A stretch of DNA of 64,000 nt from Nitrospirota bacterium (GTDB lineage: Bacteria; Nitrospirota; Thermodesulfovibrionia; Thermodesulfovibrionales; Dissulfurispiraceae): assembly GCA_963790025.1 (NCBI GenBank), contig CAWBMP010000002.1, positions 448,001 to 512,000 on the forward strand. The letters are read 5' to 3'. How positions within the stretch are numbered: position 1 is the stretch's first letter; each line of letters opens with the position of its first letter. The notes under the pieces were generated by a model that was not told the DNA's origin, made no database searches, and saw only the letters and a list, made by a program, of their open reading frames with translations. The position numbers and the translations under genes were made by a program. Shown here piece after piece: positions 30,777 to 41,232 of this stretch.

Positions 30777-31811
30777 CTACTTGCTGCCTACTCTTTTGAA
30801 TACGTCATTATAAAAAGCTGCATCGATATTCCAATCCATCTGCAGGCTGTAAACAGTATCCGGGATTTTTAATGTTTTGAGTTTGATCATGTCCTTTTCA
30901 GTTGTCATCAGGAGATCACAATTAAGCGCCCTGCTTAGCCGGTCAAGATGACGGACGTCAGCGGGTGTATAAAAATGATGGTCTCTATACACCTTAAATC
31001 CCGGAAGTCGTACCGGAAGTGACAAAAGAGTCCGCTCGAATGATCCCGGATGCGCTATCCCGCAGAAAGCCAATACTCTTTTGTACCTCAAAGCCTCAAG
31101 CGGAAATTCCGCGTCCACTCTGTTTCTGGCCCCTATCACCCTGTATTCGGAAAAGTAGACCGGCTTCCCCGGCCATGCATGCCTGAGTTCATCGGCCATC
31201 TGTTCATTGCGGTGTCTGGTTATTACAAAAATATCGGCACGCTTCAGCTCACTGAGCGGCTCCCTCAACAGACCGAGAGGGAGCAACTTCCTGTTGCCAA
31301 AAGGATTAAGGCCGTCAATAAGGACAACATCTATGTCACGGTGAAGCCTCCAGTGCTGGAAACCGTCGTCAAGGATAAATATAAAAGGCGCGGAGGCCGC
31401 AAATGAAAAAGATTGAAGGGCGAATATTCCCCCTGCGTATCTGCTCGCAGATTTTATAACAGGCACACCCTTCAACCTTTCCGCCATAAGCACCGGTTCG
31501 TCACCCGCATCTTTAACAGCCTGAATTACGTTGCCGGGGTCTCCCAGGTAATTCCTGACAGGCAGATTCTTAGGCGATACAACACGGGGTCCCTTCACCC
31601 TGCCCTTGTATCCTCTTGTCAGAATTACAGGACTGAAGCCCCTCCTTATGGATTCCTCGGCAACTGCAATGGTGGCCGGAGTCTTTCCGGTACCGCCGAC
31701 AGTAATGTTGCCGATACTGATTACAGGATAAGGGAGCCTTCTCTGAAGCCTTAAGCTGCGCTGTTTTTTAAGTACATAGCCGGTATAATAAAGAAATTCC
31801 AAGGGCGTCAT
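30777..31811 (-). CDS. lpxK: Tetraacyldisaccharide 4'-kinase
   Basis: SIGNITVGGTGKTP, LDDGFQH, LPLGLLRE and TTEKD motifs. Confidence 0.95.
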   Translation of the reverse strand: MTPLEFLYYTGYVLKKQRSLRLQRRLPYPVISIGNITVGGTGKTPATIAVAEESIRRGFSPVILTRGYKGRVKGPRVVSPKNLPVRNYLGDPGNVIQAVKDAGDEPVLMAERLKGVPVIKSASRYAGGIFALQSFSFAASAPFIFILDDGFQHWRLHRDIDVVLIDGLNPFGNRKLLPLGLLREPLSELKRADIFVITRHRNEQMADELRHAWPGKPVYFSEYRVIGARNRVDAEFPLEALRYKRVLAFCGIAHPGSFERTLLSLPVRLPGFKVYRDHHFYTPADVRHLDRLSRALNCDLLMTTEKDMIKLKTLKIPDTVYSLQMDWNIDAAFYNDVFKRVGSK

Positions 31812-33082
31812 TTTAAAATCTCCTCTATGATTTCCATTGCCCTTTCGGTAGCGCCGGCGTTTTTTACATAAAGGTCCTTTGCAATGCTGCCCATGTGCCG
31901 TATCTGTTCAGGAGAATCAAGCAATTCTTTCAAAATATTATAAAGCAGCGGCGCTTCCGCCATGACAGCCCCTCCTTTGGAATAGAACTCCCCTATAAAA
32001 GGGAAATTCTCCATATGAGGCCCGCAGACAACAGCCTTTCCCCAGAATGCCGGTTCCAGCGGATTTTGACCCCCATGTTCAATAAAACTGCCACCTATGA
32101 CCGCAATATCAGCAGTTCCGTAAACAGAAGAAAGTTCACCCATAACGTCAAGAACAACAACAAAACCCGAAATTTTTTCTTCCCCGCGTCCCAAATCCGA
32201 TCTCTTAACATATTCCAGCCCCTTTTTCATTACCAGTTCCTCTACTGCCTTGAAACGCTCGGGGTGCCTTGGCGCAATAATAAGATTGAGACGGGGAAAG
32301 TCGGATTTTAAACGTAGAAAGGCATCGAGAACCACAGCCTCTTCGGTTTCGTGCGTACTTCCTGCAATTATGACAGGGCCGCAAAGTACTCCAGTCCATT
32401 CCGGCACAGCGGAAGATGGCCGTGTATCGAATTTCAAGCTGCCGATGACCTTTATCCGTCCAGGTTCCGCGCCAAGGCTCCTGAATCGTTCAGCATAAAT
32501 GTCATCCTGTACACAGAGAAGACTGATGTCATGGAGGACCTCTCTGATAAAGAAAACCACTTTTTTATACCTCTTATATGAACGTTCGGATAGTCTGCCG
32601 TTCATAAGCACCACAGGAACATTACTTTCTTTCAAAATCCTGATAATATGGGGCCACAATTCGGTCTCCATTATAATAAATGCAGAAGGCCTTATATGAT
32701 GCAACGCATTTGTAACGGCAAAAGGCAGGTCGAAAGGTACGTAAATAATTTGGGCATAGGCCCCGACCCGGTCCCTCGCAACCTTCTGCCCTGTGTCAGT
32801 CACCGTTGAAATAATAATATCCAGAGACGGATATCTCTGTTTTATATTTTTTATCAGGGAAACCGATGCAATAACCTCACCGACTGAAACTGCATGGATC
32901 CAGACAGGACCCTTTAAAGTGTTGGAGGATTGAGGGTTAAGGTTGGGGTTTTCTTTATTGTATATGCCGAAACGTTCCCGCAGCCATCGTTTCCTCAGTT
33001 TCCCCGCCCGTTTTAAATATTCAAAGGGCAGGAGAAACACCAGTGCCAAAGTATAAACCGCGCTGTATAACATATATGTCAT
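31808..33082 (-). CDS. waaA: Kdo transferase
   Basis: WIHAVSVGE, ETELWP, AGSTH, APRHPER and GGQNPLEPA motifs. Confidence 0.95.
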   Translation of the reverse strand: MTYMLYSAVYTLALVFLLPFEYLKRAGKLRKRWLRERFGIYNKENPNLNPQSSNTLKGPVWIHAVSVGEVIASVSLIKNIKQRYPSLDIIISTVTDTGQKVARDRVGAYAQIIYVPFDLPFAVTNALHHIRPSAFIIMETELWPHIIRILKESNVPVVLMNGRLSERSYKRYKKVVFFIREVLHDISLLCVQDDIYAERFRSLGAEPGRIKVIGSLKFDTRPSSAVPEWTGVLCGPVIIAGSTHETEEAVVLDAFLRLKSDFPRLNLIIAPRHPERFKAVEELVMKKGLEYVKRSDLGRGEEKISGFVVVLDVMGELSSVYGTADIAVIGGSFIEHGGQNPLEPAFWGKAVVCGPHMENFPFIGEFYSKGGAVMAEAPLLYNILKELLDSPEQIRHMGSIAKDLYVKNAGATERAMEIIEEILK

Positions 33083-33137
33083 TTAGCCGCTTAAAGCCTG
33101 AGGATTGAGGTCTGAAGCGTCCTCTAACCTCAATCCT

Positions 33138-34316
33138 CTAACCTCCAACCAGTTTCTCCACCATTTCAGCAACTCGCAGCGATGCGTTCCTGTTCAGGAA
33201 AAGCGACCGGACTTTTTGCATTTGTAAAAGCATTGCAGACCTGTATTCATGATCGTCCGATATGCGGATAAGCTCTTCCATAATGTTTTTTTTATTCGCC
33301 TCCCCCTGCAGCAATTCCCTGATCCTGAGCCCTGAGTCATCCGGGACCGATTTATCGAGCAGGATATTTGCAAGAGAAACATGGCTGACTTTGACAACAA
33401 GCCTGCCTACCAAGTAGGTAAAAGGCGATAGTTTGTAGACAACGGCCATGGGCACCCCCAAAAGCGCCGCCTGGAGGGTAGCTGTGCCGGACGCAATAAG
33501 GGCGCTGTCAGCTGAAAGAAGCGCCTTGATAGCGTCATCGGTAATGACCAATGAGTGATCAGTCAATTCCATTAACTCATTTCTAATTGCCGATAACGCA
33601 TCACTGCTCAAGTTAGGCGCAACTGGAAGCACAAACTGATATTCAGCGGACCGCTTTTTCAGTGCTGCAGCAACAGCGGACATTACCGGCAGGAGTTTTT
33701 TCACCTCGTGAGGCCTGCTGCCCGGCATTAATACCATAACCGGCCGGTCAGGTTGCAGGCCCAAATCTCTTTTGATTTCGAGAGGGGAAACGCCTCCTGT
33801 GTTGGCGACCACCTCTGCAATCTCATCCATTATCGGGTGGCCCACGAACTCGCAGTGAATGCCGGAGCTACGGTACAGCTCAGTCTCGAAAGGGAGTATT
33901 ACCGCCATTGCATCTACCAGTTTGCCGATAGTCGTAATCCTCTTCGTTCTCCAGGCCCAAACCTGAGGGCTAACATAATAAAGCACTTTTATACCACGTT
34001 TTTTAGCTTCCCGGGCAACAGGTATGTTGAAATCGGGATAATCTATAAGCACGATAACCTGAGGGTCAAATGACGTGAATGCCGAAACAATTTTTTGGAA
34101 CGTTTTTTTGATTTTACCGAAAGTCCTTACCGCTTCAATCAGACCAAAAGAACTCGCTATTGCCGATATAAGTTCCACCCCTGCCGATTTCATTCTTTCT
34201 CCGCCTACACCGGCAATGCGCAAAGAGGGATTATGTGACTTGAGTGCTTTGGCAAGGAGGGCGCCGTAGAGTTCACCGGAACTCTCGCCGGCGATTATCA
34301 TCAGTCTTTCAAGCAT
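33138..34316 (-). CDS. lpxB: Lipid A disaccharide synthase
   Basis: AGESSG, IDYPDFN, YVSPQVWAWR, PGSR and ASGTATL motifs. Confidence 0.96.
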   Translation of the reverse strand: MLERLMIIAGESSGELYGALLAKALKSHNPSLRIAGVGGERMKSAGVELISAIASSFGLIEAVRTFGKIKKTFQKIVSAFTSFDPQVIVLIDYPDFNIPVAREAKKRGIKVLYYVSPQVWAWRTKRITTIGKLVDAMAVILPFETELYRSSGIHCEFVGHPIMDEIAEVVANTGGVSPLEIKRDLGLQPDRPVMVLMPGSRPHEVKKLLPVMSAVAAALKKRSAEYQFVLPVAPNLSSDALSAIRNELMELTDHSLVITDDAIKALLSADSALIASGTATLQAALLGVPMAVVYKLSPFTYLVGRLVVKVSHVSLANILLDKSVPDDSGLRIRELLQGEANKKNIMEELIRISDDHEYRSAMLLQMQKVRSLFLNRNASLRVAEMVEKLVGG

Positions 34317-35398
34317 GCCCGGATAGCATCAGCGATACATTGTATATCTGCGGCCTCAAGCTCGGGATACATAGGCAGCGAGAGCACTTCCTTTGAAACC
34401 TGCTCCGTCACCGGGAAACTTCCTTCTTCACAGCCCAGATATTCCAGGGCCTTCTGCATATGGAGAGGTATGGGGTAATAAACGACCGACGCTATGCCCT
34501 GCTCCTTCAACCGCTGCTGGATATAATCCCGTCTGGAACTCCTGATAGTATACTGGTGATAGACATGAAACGCGCCTGGCCGCTCTACCGGGCAGATAAC
34601 GCTGCCTGCAAGCAGCCGGTTATACAGATGGGCGTTCTCGCGCCTTCTGCCGTTGTACTCATCGATCCTCCTGAATTTGACCAGAAGAATCCCCGCCTGT
34701 ATTTCGTCAAGCCTGCTGTTATAGCCGATACACTCATGCCGGTAGCCGCCTCTGGAGCCGTGATTCCTCAACATTTTTATTGCAGCGGCAGCCTCCAGGT
34801 CGTTAAGCAGGATCATCCCCCCGTCACCGCAGGCCCCTAGATTTTTGCTCGGGTAAAAGCTGAAACATCCGGCATCACCGAAGCTTCCCGTTTTCCTCCC
34901 TTGCAACGACGCTCCGAAAGACTGCGCGCAATCTTCCACCACCTTCAGGCCGCTGACAGCGGCAATATCCATAATGTTTTCCATGTCGGCAGGATGTCCG
35001 AAAATATGGACCGGGAGGATTGCCTTCGTATGTTTTGTTATCTTTTTCTCTATGAGCGTCGGGTCAATATTGCATGTTTCATGGTCGATATCGACAAAGA
35101 CCGGTTTGGCGCCGGTATATAAAATCGCCTCAACAGTGGCAAAAAAAGTGAAGGGACTTGTAATAACCTCATCTCCTGTCCCTATGCCGAAAGACTTCAA
35201 TGCCAGGTGAAGGGCATCAGTGCCGGAAGCAACTCCAATTGCCTCCTTCACTACATGATAGTCCCTGATGTCCGCTTCAAGCTCCGAAACTTTTTTACCG
35301 AGGACGTATTGTGAGCTTTCGAGTATTTCATTTACGACATGCAGGATCTCATCCTTAATCCCAGCGTACTGTTTTTTTAAATCTATCATAGGTTTCAT
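34301..35398 (-). CDS. gnnB: DegT/DnrJ PLP aminotransferase, probable GnnB
   Basis: SGTDAL, EDCAQS, SFYPSKNLG and NSRLDEIQA motifs; directly upstream of lpxB; the family is clear but the gnnB name rests on context. Confidence 0.75.
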   Translation of the reverse strand: MKPMIDLKKQYAGIKDEILHVVNEILESSQYVLGKKVSELEADIRDYHVVKEAIGVASGTDALHLALKSFGIGTGDEVITSPFTFFATVEAILYTGAKPVFVDIDHETCNIDPTLIEKKITKHTKAILPVHIFGHPADMENIMDIAAVSGLKVVEDCAQSFGASLQGRKTGSFGDAGCFSFYPSKNLGACGDGGMILLNDLEAAAAIKMLRNHGSRGGYRHECIGYNSRLDEIQAGILLVKFRRIDEYNGRRRENAHLYNRLLAGSVICPVERPGAFHVYHQYTIRSSRRDYIQQRLKEQGIASVVYYPIPLHMQKALEYLGCEEGSFPVTEQVSKEVLSLPMYPELEAADIQCIADAIRACLKD

Positions 35399-36321
35399 TA
35401 TAGTCCCCACCCCTGTTTTATATGTGACCCTGCCTGAAGAGCAATTTTCAATGCGTTGCGGCCCCTTATCGCGCACACAACCGGCCTGCTTCTGCTGCCG
35501 ACGCATTTGACAAAACCTTTCAGTTCCTCTTTAAGAGGTTCTTTTCTTTCAACCAGGATGGATTCGCTGACAATCCCGTCTCCCCGCCTGAAAAATTTTA
35601 TTATTTCCATCCGCTGGTAGTCCATAACAAGATATGAATCCTTTTGAAAAACGGTGAGCTTTCTCGATTTATCAGATGCTATCCTGCTCGCCGCAAGGAG
35701 CGCATGAGTCCCATTGTCAAACTCAAGCCACACTTTCGCGACGTCGATGGTATCGGTCATCACTTTTGAGCCCGCAGCTTTCACATCACTTACCACCATT
35801 CCGTCCATTATAGAAAGCACAATCTCGATGTCATGGATCATGAGGTCAAGAGTGATATCAACGTCAACCCCTCTCCCCTGAAATGGGGACAGGCGCTCTG
35901 CCTCGATAAACGTGGGAGCATTCAGTAAGGGATACAATGCCGACACAACCGGATTAAACTGCTCCAGATGGCCTATCTGTATAAGCGTGCCTGCCTCATC
36001 GGAGGCCGCAATGAGCCGGTCTGCTTCCTCTATTGTGACAGTAATGGGCTTTTCGATCAGTATATCCTTGCCTGCCCGTATACAATCCATAGCTACGGAA
36101 TAATGGAAAGTCGTCGGAGTGACTATGCTCACGGCATCCACTTCATTTAGAAGTTCATGATAATCGGTATACGCTTTGCACCCGTATTTTGCGGCTATCT
36201 CACCGGCACGGTTTCCGTCTGTATCAGCAACAGCAAACATCCTGACATCATCGAGTTCTGAAAAAATGCGGGCATGGTGCTGCCCAAGGTACCCGACTCC
36301 GATTACTCCAACATTCAACAT
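35398..36321 (-). CDS. gnnA: Gfo/Idh/MocA oxidoreductase, probable GnnA
   Basis: GVGYLGQHHAR, EKP, DLMIHDI and ASR motifs; coupled to the DegT gene and lpxB. Confidence 0.75.
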   Translation of the reverse strand: MLNVGVIGVGYLGQHHARIFSELDDVRMFAVADTDGNRAGEIAAKYGCKAYTDYHELLNEVDAVSIVTPTTFHYSVAMDCIRAGKDILIEKPITVTIEEADRLIAASDEAGTLIQIGHLEQFNPVVSALYPLLNAPTFIEAERLSPFQGRGVDVDITLDLMIHDIEIVLSIMDGMVVSDVKAAGSKVMTDTIDVAKVWLEFDNGTHALLAASRIASDKSRKLTVFQKDSYLVMDYQRMEIIKFFRRGDGIVSESILVERKEPLKEELKGFVKCVGSRSRPVVCAIRGRNALKIALQAGSHIKQGWGL

Positions 36322-36950
36322 TTCGCCGCCCCTAGTATTTTCAACACTTTGCTTTTTGCCTTTCTGACACCTTCTTTTCTGAAAGTTTCAATCGTTTCGG
36401 GTGCAGCGATTTCTTTTATGACCCGTTTTCTCGTCCGCTCGTCTGCAATATCTCTTAACGCATTCTTCCTCTGTTTCCCCAGAAAATCGACAAATGCACC
36501 GAACTTGTTATTGTACAGTAGTTCCAGTTCCTTTCTGATGCTTTTTGCCAAAGCAGGGCTGGCGCCCGACGTAGATACGGCAAGTGCCAGAGGTCCCTTT
36601 TTTATGACTGAAGGGACAATAAAGTTGGCAAGTTCAGGCGCGTCGACTACATTTAAAAGACACGGAGCATCAAGGGAAACTTCCCGGTTGACCCGCTCAT
36701 CCGATGTGGCAGCAATAACAAGAAAGGCATTTTCGAGATCACCCTTCCTGTATTTCCTTTTTATATATGTTATCCGCTTTCTGCCGGCATATTTCGCAAC
36801 CATACCGGTCACAGACGGACTTATTACCGTAACTTTTGCCCCGGAACGAAGCAGCGCAGCGACTTTTCTCTCAGCTATTTTCCCACCGCCGATAACAATG
36901 CATGGCCTTTCTCTCAGGTCTATGAAGGCAGGATAGTAATGATAATTCAC
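36315..36950 (-). CDS. sirC: Precorrin-2 dehydrogenase / sirohydrochlorin ferrochelatase (CysG N-terminal type)
   Basis: YYPAF, GGGKIAERK, NVVDAPELANF and STSGASPALAK motifs; start trimmed to the GTG at 36950. Confidence 0.88.
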   Translation of the reverse strand: MNYHYYPAFIDLRERPCIVIGGGKIAERKVAALLRSGAKVTVISPSVTGMVAKYAGRKRITYIKRKYRKGDLENAFLVIAATSDERVNREVSLDAPCLLNVVDAPELANFIVPSVIKKGPLALAVSTSGASPALAKSIRKELELLYNNKFGAFVDFLGKQRKNALRDIADERTRKRVIKEIAAPETIETFRKEGVRKAKSKVLKILGAAKC

Positions 36951-36957
36951 TGTACTG

Positions 36958-37713
36958 CTAACCCTGAACACCCTTCCTGGCTTCTTTAACAAACTCGCTA
37001 GCAGGATACTTTTCGATGAGCGTTTGAAATGCCTCCCGGGCCTTGTCAGTCATTTTAAGTGCTTTATATGATTTGCCGAGCAGCAGCAAAGTATGATCAG
37101 CGCCCTGATAGTCGGGGAATTGCGTGAGCAGTGCCTCGAACCTGCTTATTGCAGCGCGATATGATTCTTTCTTATAGTAGAATTGTCCAACATAAAATTC
37201 GCCGTCTGCAATTATGTTCTTGCACTTCTCCGTCCTGAGCGTGATGATCTCCCGATAAGGGTTTCGCGGATAAAGCTCTTTTAAACGAGTAAATTCCTGC
37301 TGGGCTTTTCGTGCAGCGCCGAGCCCCCTGTCGGAACCTTCTATCTGCGAGAAGTAAGCCATTGCAATCTGGTACTGAACATATGACGCCTGCTGGTTGT
37401 CTGGATAGAGTTCAAGAAATTTTCTGTATTCCTCGATTCCATGATCAGGGTCACCATCTTTTATATAGGAATCCGCAATCCTCAACTGTGCAAGCGGGGC
37501 ATACTTCTTCGATGTGTCCCTGTTCTTTACCTCGAGCAGGACCTTTCGTGCCTCATCGTACTGGTTATCATCAATGAGTTTGGCGGCCCTGGCAAGAAAT
37601 TTTTCAGAATCAAAGTCCTCATCCTTCTTGACCTGCTTCCCGCTGCATCCGCCAAACACCGCAACAAGCGCAATAAGAAGAATTAAAGCAGCTAACATCC
37701 TGATTTTTCTCAT
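36958..37713 (-). CDS. bamD: Outer membrane assembly lipoprotein BamD
   Basis: Lipobox FGGC; TPR repeats with AQLRIAD, FLELYP and FYYK...AAISRF. Confidence 0.88.
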   Translation of the reverse strand: MRKIRMLAALILLIALVAVFGGCSGKQVKKDEDFDSEKFLARAAKLIDDNQYDEARKVLLEVKNRDTSKKYAPLAQLRIADSYIKDGDPDHGIEEYRKFLELYPDNQQASYVQYQIAMAYFSQIEGSDRGLGAARKAQQEFTRLKELYPRNPYREIITLRTEKCKNIIADGEFYVGQFYYKKESYRAAISRFEALLTQFPDYQGADHTLLLLGKSYKALKMTDKAREAFQTLIEKYPASEFVKEARKGVQG

Positions 37714-37859
37714 ACTAGATATTTAAACCTTTACCGCCTTCTTAAGTCAAGACTTTGACTTCTCAGCAGCCTATATTTTAAACTGTTTAATACCTAAATG
37801 TATGATGAAAAAAAAGCATCCCTAAGTGTAATCCAGCAAAAATCCGGAGGATTAATTCA

Positions 37860-39575
37860 ATGCTCCAAAAAATAGGAGTTAGTACGCTCTTCTCGTGTTT
37901 ACTTTTGCTATGTTTTGCACAGCGGGGTTTTTCCGAGCAACCCGCCGTTCAAAACGACGCAGCGGCCGCTCTAAAATCATTGAAGGACGAAACACTCTCT
38001 TACTTCGAACCTGTAGCTGGGACAGTTACCTATGTTGAAGGCAACTCAGTGAAAATCCAGCCCGGGTCGCAAGGGTCCTTGAAAACAGGCATGCGGCTTA
38101 CGGCCTACAAAGAGGGAGCATCCTTTATTCATCCTGTTACAAAAGAGCCCCTCGGGAAGATAGAACTCCCTATCGGGTCAATTGAAGTCACCTCGGTTGC
38201 TCAGCAAAATGTGACTGGAGTTATTGTTAAAGGAAAACCGGAACATTTTGCTGAAGCAAGGCTTAAGATCCCCTCTACCAAAGTCAAAGTGCTGTTTTAC
38301 CAGGGCGATATCGATTGGTTTCTCGGCGACGCGTACTATCAGATGCTTAAGAAGACGGATCGTTTTGAGCTCATCGACACGGGCCTCGAAACAAATGATA
38401 TTTCCAGGATTCTGACCGACGCAAAGGCCAAGGGCGCTGACGCAGCTTTAATACTGCGTTCCGAGACTTCTGCCGAACGTGTAGACCTCAAACAGGACCT
38501 TTTCTGGGTAGGAGACGAAAAGGCATTTTCAGAAAAATCGGTTTCGGCTGACAAGATCAGCGTTAAAGAATTGAGATTCAATGCAGGCCTTTTTATACCC
38601 AGCGAGGGAGAGATATTGCTGACCTTCCACCTGCCTTATAAGGCGAACCGTATAGCGGCAGGCGATCTCGAAGGCAACGGGAATATGGAGATATTGCTGG
38701 CTTACGGCAATAAGATAAGAACATACAAGCCTGGAACCGATCTTAAGGCAACGGAAGAGTTCACTTTACCCGTAAACGAGATTCTCTGGATAGATGCAAC
38801 CGATCTTAACAGGGACGGCAAGGACCAGATACTTATTACTGCCATGCAGGGAGACGAGGTGATCTCATATGTCTATGAATTACAGAATTCAAAATTTGTC
38901 CAGCTGCTAAAGATGAAAGACTGGTTTTTAAGGAAGCTCGATAATAAGACAATCTCACAGGAATTCAGCAAACGAGAGGGCTATGAAGGGCCTGTATACT
39001 TCTTTAACTTTACAAATGGCACCTTCAAAAAGGGAGAGACCCTCAAGCTGCCTGCCGGCGTAAATATTTATGACTTCCAGCGTTTCACTTCACCCGGAGG
39101 GAAGCAGTCGATCGCAGCATGGGACGAAAACGGCTTTCTGAGCGTTTATAATGATAAAGGCCTGCGCTTGTGGATGAGCAAAGAAGACTTCGGCGGCTTC
39201 CCGATATCCTTCAGCAAAGAGGCCGGAATGTTTGTCGACCGGGGGAAGTGGTCGATAAAAGACAGGCTGCTGGTATCAAACAACGAACTGCTTGCACCCA
39301 GACGCAAACCGCTCATCGGTTCTTTCAGTGCGTTTAAAGTGCTCGGATTAGGATATGGGTCATCATCGATAAAGGGTTTATGGTGGAATGGCTCTGCTAT
39401 TGAAGAGAGAGATTTTATAAAAAATGCAGGAGGGGAAATACTCGATTACTATATGCTGGGTGACCGGATGGCTATACTTACAAAAGGGTCCGTCACCACC
39501 AGGGCGATAAATATATTTAAGGGAGAAAGCCCTTTCGGTTCCACTCTGTATATATATTCACTGAAGGGGAGATGA
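37860..39575 (+). CDS. Secreted protein with FG-GAP/VCBS-like repeats
   Basis: Signal peptide; GDLEGNGNMEI and DLNRDGKDQI calcium-blade motifs. Confidence 0.65.
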   Translation: MLQKIGVSTLFSCLLLLCFAQRGFSEQPAVQNDAAAALKSLKDETLSYFEPVAGTVTYVEGNSVKIQPGSQGSLKTGMRLTAYKEGASFIHPVTKEPLGKIELPIGSIEVTSVAQQNVTGVIVKGKPEHFAEARLKIPSTKVKVLFYQGDIDWFLGDAYYQMLKKTDRFELIDTGLETNDISRILTDAKAKGADAALILRSETSAERVDLKQDLFWVGDEKAFSEKSVSADKISVKELRFNAGLFIPSEGEILLTFHLPYKANRIAAGDLEGNGNMEILLAYGNKIRTYKPGTDLKATEEFTLPVNEILWIDATDLNRDGKDQILITAMQGDEVISYVYELQNSKFVQLLKMKDWFLRKLDNKTISQEFSKREGYEGPVYFFNFTNGTFKKGETLKLPAGVNIYDFQRFTSPGGKQSIAAWDENGFLSVYNDKGLRLWMSKEDFGGFPISFSKEAGMFVDRGKWSIKDRLLVSNNELLAPRRKPLIGSFSAFKVLGLGYGSSSIKGLWWNGSAIEERDFIKNAGGEILDYYMLGDRMAILTKGSVTTRAINIFKGESPFGSTLYIYSLKGR

Positions 39576-39662
39576 TTTTAGTGTCTGTGTCAGTAATAAG
39601 TGTCAGTTTAAGGATTCCTTCACTGGCACTGACACTAGACGCTGACACTTAGAGAACACGTT

Positions 39663-40418
39663 ATGGAAGAAAGAAACATACCCAAACATATAGGCATCAT
39701 TATGGACGGTAACGGCAGATGGGCAGAGTTGAGAGGATTGCCGCGGTCTGAAGGCCACAAGCGCGGCGTGGAAAGGGTGCATGAAATAGTGGAGGCTGTG
39801 AAAGAAGTGCGGGTGGAGGTCCTTTCTCTCTATGCCTTTTCCATAGAGAACTGGATGCGGCCCGAGGAAGAGATTGAGGTCATTATGGAGCTCCTCGAGT
39901 CCACTCTCAAAAAAGAGTTCGAAAATTTCATGAAAGAAGGTATCCGGTTCAGGATTATCGGTAACAGGGAAAAACTGCATGATAATATCAGGGCCGTTAT
40001 AGAGATAGCGGAACATGAGACCAGAAATAACAGCAATCTTCTTTTTCAGTGCGCACTCAGCTATGGGGGAAGGGACGAGATAATCAGGGCAGTCAAAAAA
40101 GCAATTGCAATGGGTGCCGGACCTGACGATATCACCGAAAACTATATAGCGGGCTTGCTTGACACTGCCGGGATCCCTGATCCTGACCTCATCATAAGGA
40201 CCAGCGGAGAACAGCGGCTCAGCAACTTTCTCCTTTGGCAATCGGCGTATTCGGAATTCTATTTCACGACTACATTGTGGCCAGACTTCACGAGAGAAGA
40301 ACTGCTCGATGCCATTCACGAATACCGGACCAGGAGCAGGCGTTTTGGCAGAGTTGACGGCCCCCGGAATCCTTTTGTTGAAGGATTTCCCGGGATCCCC
40401 GACAAGTGGGGTGTTTAA
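39663..40418 (+). CDS. uppS: Undecaprenyl diphosphate synthase
   Basis: HIGIIMDGNGRWA, FSIENW and RTSGEQRLSNFLLWQ motifs. Confidence 0.96.
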   Translation: MEERNIPKHIGIIMDGNGRWAELRGLPRSEGHKRGVERVHEIVEAVKEVRVEVLSLYAFSIENWMRPEEEIEVIMELLESTLKKEFENFMKEGIRFRIIGNREKLHDNIRAVIEIAEHETRNNSNLLFQCALSYGGRDEIIRAVKKAIAMGAGPDDITENYIAGLLDTAGIPDPDLIIRTSGEQRLSNFLLWQSAYSEFYFTTTLWPDFTREELLDAIHEYRTRSRRFGRVDGPRNPFVEGFPGIPDKWGV

Positions 40419-40422
40419 CACC

Positions 40423-41232
40423 ATGCACTTGAAAAGAGTCATTGTCGCTCTCATTGCACTGCCCCTGTTCTACTTCTATATTGCAAAACTTTCGCCCCTT
40501 TACTTTCTTTTCCTCCTGCTCCTTGTCAGCTCGATTGCGCAGGCCGAATTCTATTCCATGTACAAAACCGACAGATTGCTCTCTTTGATCGGAATATTAA
40601 GCGGCATTTTCATTCTCTGTACTCCCTTTTTAGTGATGCGCTTCCCCCGCCTCCAGTCCCACTTCAGAGGCTTACAAACGTTTTTCCTTATACTCTCGTT
40701 TATGCTGATTGCACTGGCCAGGCTCTTTGCGAAAAAAGGCCCTCTTGCGTCTTTGAAAGACATTGCACCAGCTGTTGTCGGCATCTTTTATATTCCCAAC
40801 CTGTTAATCGCCCAATGGTATCTGAGACTGGAAGGATACGAATGGATTTTGTTTTTATACGGCTGCGTCTATACTGCCGATAGCATGGCTTATTACATCG
40901 GCAAGGGCATAGGGAAGAGAAAGCTCTATTGCGCAGTGAGCCCGAACAAGACCGTTGCAGGGGCTGTGGGTTCGCTGGCGGGAGGCGTGATTGCATCGCT
41001 TATTCTTGGCTCTGTGCTGCTTAAACATAGGGGCGTGCCTGATCTTTTTGTATTCGGCGGAGTTATCGGCGCTATAACAATTGCCGGAGACCTTGTCGAA
41101 TCCATGTTTAAGCGTGACGCAAACATTAAAGATTCCGGCTCTTTTATTCCAGGTCACGGAGGGGTACTTGATAAAATAGACGGGGCGCTCTTCGCAGGGC
41201 CTGTCTTATACTGGGTAACACTCTGGCTATGA
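40423..41232 (+). CDS. cdsA: Phosphatidate cytidylyltransferase
   Basis: SPNKT and GDLVESMFKR...KDSG...PGHGGVLD motifs; start at ATG 40423. Confidence 0.95.
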   Translation: MHLKRVIVALIALPLFYFYIAKLSPLYFLFLLLLVSSIAQAEFYSMYKTDRLLSLIGILSGIFILCTPFLVMRFPRLQSHFRGLQTFFLILSFMLIALARLFAKKGPLASLKDIAPAVVGIFYIPNLLIAQWYLRLEGYEWILFLYGCVYTADSMAYYIGKGIGKRKLYCAVSPNKTVAGAVGSLAGGVIASLILGSVLLKHRGVPDLFVFGGVIGAITIAGDLVESMFKRDANIKDSGSFIPGHGGVLDKIDGALFAGPVLYWVTLWL

